Assembly (NCBI RefSeq): GCF_009914755.1
Contig: NC_060925.1
DNA length: 64,000 bases
Reading direction: 5' to 3' (one strand)
Source of the DNA: the human T2T-CHM13v2.0 reference genome, Homo sapiens
Under the pieces are notes generated by a model, which searched no databases, was not told the DNA's origin, and was given only the letters and a program-made list of their open reading frames with translations. Positions within the stretch are counted from its first letter, which is position 1, and the number at the start of each line of letters is the position of its first letter. This document shows positions 61,633 to 64,000 of the stretch, in pieces. The position numbers and the translations under genes were made by a program.

Positions 61633-62309
61633 AGAAAAAATATTAATGATTCTTAACTGTTTCTGGATTATCAACCCCTTTGAGAAGCACAGACTCTCTT
61701 ACAAGAAAAAAAAAAATCCCATACAGATAAAACTTTGCATATGATTTCAGTAGATTAAGATCCCCTAAAGCTCATGGAGAACCCCAGGTTAAGGAGCTCT
61801 GACTCAAATCCTCAATATGAAAATAGCTTCAATCTCTTTACAAATGTTTAAATGATATTTTTCATAAAAGGGACGTGATTTCTTTAAATGACATAGTTTA
61901 TGATCAAATTAATTTTCTGAAGTCACTGGTTAAAGGTTACTTTGAGGATTACTTGAGGATAAATGAGATATTAACTTTTCCCAATTAACACCAATACCTA
62001 CTGTTTTATTAGATAGATAGTGTGCCAGGTATTATGCTAAGTACTAACCACAAATTATCCAACTGAATTCCCCCAACAATCCAGTGAAGAAGGTTATTAT
62101 TCCCACTTGATAAAAAGGGAAACCAAAGCTTAGCAAGATCAACTGGCTTATACAGTCCCAGCTATGAAGAGGCAGGGCTGAGAGTCTCACCAGTGCTGGA
62201 AGATTCCAAAGCCTAATTGATTAAATTTAAAATCAACAGGTGCCAGTGCATTTCTGTGGAAGAAAAATATCTGAAATATCTGCTAAAATCTTATATCATT
62301 AACGCTTAC

Positions 62310-62431
62310 CGGAAATATTCCAGCAACAGTGCCCAAAAGTAAAAGGGCATGGTGATGGGTCTGCGGCATCTCCGAAAGGCGGATGCACTGAACTATCAAC
62401 TCCACGTTGAACTTCTCCTCATCTAAAATAT
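62310..62431 (-). CDS. HEATR1: HEATR1 exon (D-ILDEEKFNVELIVQCIR...VAGIFP)
   Basis: 122 nt, in frame. Confidence 0.95.
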
Positions 62432-62526
62432 CTACAATGGTGAGAAAGACAAAAACCCTAAGTGGCAGGTACACTCACGCTCAAAGTAGATAATTTTTCT
62501 AACCTTTCCTTCCAAAAAGTACCTAC

Positions 62527-62645
62527 CTTTGGGTATTTTGCCACCATCTGGAGATAGTTTTTGGCAGATGTTGAGCAGACAACTAAGAATTAATTGTTTG
62601 GTGTATTCCATATTTCCCTGCTCTTGTGGCAAGGGTTCTAAACAT
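62527..62645 (-). CDS. HEATR1: HEATR1 exon (CLEPLPQEQGNMEYTKQLILS...GGKIPK)
   Basis: 119 nt, in frame. Confidence 0.95.
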
Positions 62646-63369
62646 CTTCAGGACACCCAAAAGAGAAATGATGGGAAATGTAAAAGTTGTACAATTCATT
62701 GTTACATTAATGGCCATTGTCCAGAACTCATTCAATAAGGAACTCATTCAATAAGGAATAACTAAAATACTATCATTAAACATCAAGTCTAGAAATAAGA
62801 TATAAGATTTCTAACTCTAATTTTCTCTCATATAGACAGGCGCTATGTCAAATTCCACGTCCTCTCTATTGCACTTTCCATTAGCCTATCTGGAATCTTA
62901 CAGGACAACCTTCAGAATTACTTTGCCTTTCACATGAAAGCACACGCTACAATTCATACTCAATTTACACACACACACACACAAATCTACGTATATAGAA
63001 TATATACATCTATATATATGAAAATATATTTAGATAGCAAACACTATATACACACATATCTATATCTATATAAATTCAACACTATATCTTGAAATGCAAG
63101 TAATGACGTCCCAGGCACGCTACTGAAAAGTTCAGAGGAAAGTAGGCTGTACAGTGAGTGGCCATTTACTACATGACACAGGACACTAAGGTCAGTTTGG
63201 GGCACCAGCAATGGATACCTAAAACCAATCTTTTAATTTCACCTATAGTACTTGCTTTATTTTACAGACTATCTAAACAAGAGAAGAGTATGTTGAAAAG
63301 AGAATGTTAGATAAGATGGGCAAGAATTAGAGTCCTATTCTCTCACAGATCAAAGCCAAGTGTCATTAC

Positions 63370-63513
63370 CTTGATAGCAAGTTAAAAAGAGTTGGCACCA
63401 ATATCTGAGGACTTCTGAGCTTCTTTTTGTGCTGCAGTAATTCCAGGATGAGAGTTACTCTTTGCCAGTAAGAACCTCCAACTTCCTGAACAGATTCTAG
63501 ATCTTGTGATTTT
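63370..63513 (-). CDS. HEATR1: HEATR1 exon (KSQDLESVQEVGGSYWQRVTLILELL...LFNLLS-R)
   Basis: 144 nt, in frame. Confidence 0.95.
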
Positions 63514-63683
63514 CTGGAAAATGGAGAAGACAAAACGTTGGAAAAGCAAACTCTATCATGTGCTAAGTAAAAACCATTGTGCCTGATTATAGCAAATCGA
63601 TGAGTATCAAAAAGTTCCAATGGTTTCATAACATTCAGAGTCAGGGAACAACAGCATGTGCTCAATGCATTTGTAGCTCTTAC

Positions 63684-63787
63684 TTCTGCTGCATTTTTTG
63701 CCTTCTTTTTTGCTGAACTGTGCCCAAGGGTTTAGCTTTATCTGGTGGCTCCAGTTCTATTCGGACTTGTTCAGCATTAACGGAAAT
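63684..63787 (-). CDS. HEATR1: HEATR1 exon (ISVNAEQVRIELEPPDKAKPLGTVQQKRRQKMQQ-K); gene continues beyond the window
   Basis: 104 nt; the 21 exons total 2976 nt = 991 aa + stop. Confidence 0.93.
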
Positions 63788-64000
63788 CTGAAATATTGAA
63801 GGAAGAAGAGTTGATGATATAATCCATTGGGATAAAATTAGAGCAATAAATGTTAACCCCTAGGAAGGATTTATTCAATTAAGAGGGAAGAATGACTTAC
63901 TGGATATGCATCTGAACCCCCCCCAGCATTGGATGCTACTACCTTGTTACAGACTTCTTGAAAAACCAGAATGAGAAGAAAGCAAAGTAGGGAAGAGTAT

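Overview
Human (primate) genomic DNA, the chr1q43 LGALS8/HEATR1 locus. On the + strand is the complete galectin-8 gene LGALS8: a CpG-island promoter (~14.1-15.3 kb), non-coding 5' exons, nine core coding exons that splice to a 317-aa tandem-repeat galectin, and a 126-nt alternative linker exon giving the 359-aa Gal-8L. On the - strand are the last 21 coding exons of HEATR1 (UTP10/BAP28), which I spliced by hand into an uninterrupted 991-aa C-terminal frame ending ...GEPLQSYF*. The two genes converge and their 3' ends probably overlap. An antisense lncRNA (LGALS8-AS1) probably covers the LGALS8 promoter. The rest is intronic or intergenic DNA rich in Alu, L1, L2, LTR and DNA-transposon remnants, and most entries in the ORF track are Alu or low-complexity artefacts. 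I found no evidence of a new multi-gene system. The observations most worth follow-up are: (1) a haplotype carrying nine non-reference missense alleles across both genes; (2) the sense/antisense 3' overlap with a triple AATAAA cluster; (3) modular phase-0 linker exons plus a stop-containing alternative acceptor; (4) a CLEAR/M-box element next to the promoter of a lysosomal-damage sensor; (5) a uORF in the start exon and a candidate poison exon; (6) a polyadenylated LTR fragment apparently retroposed by L1; and (7) micro-scale templated-insertion scars. Reference residues and repeat family names are from memory and need confirmation by alignment.
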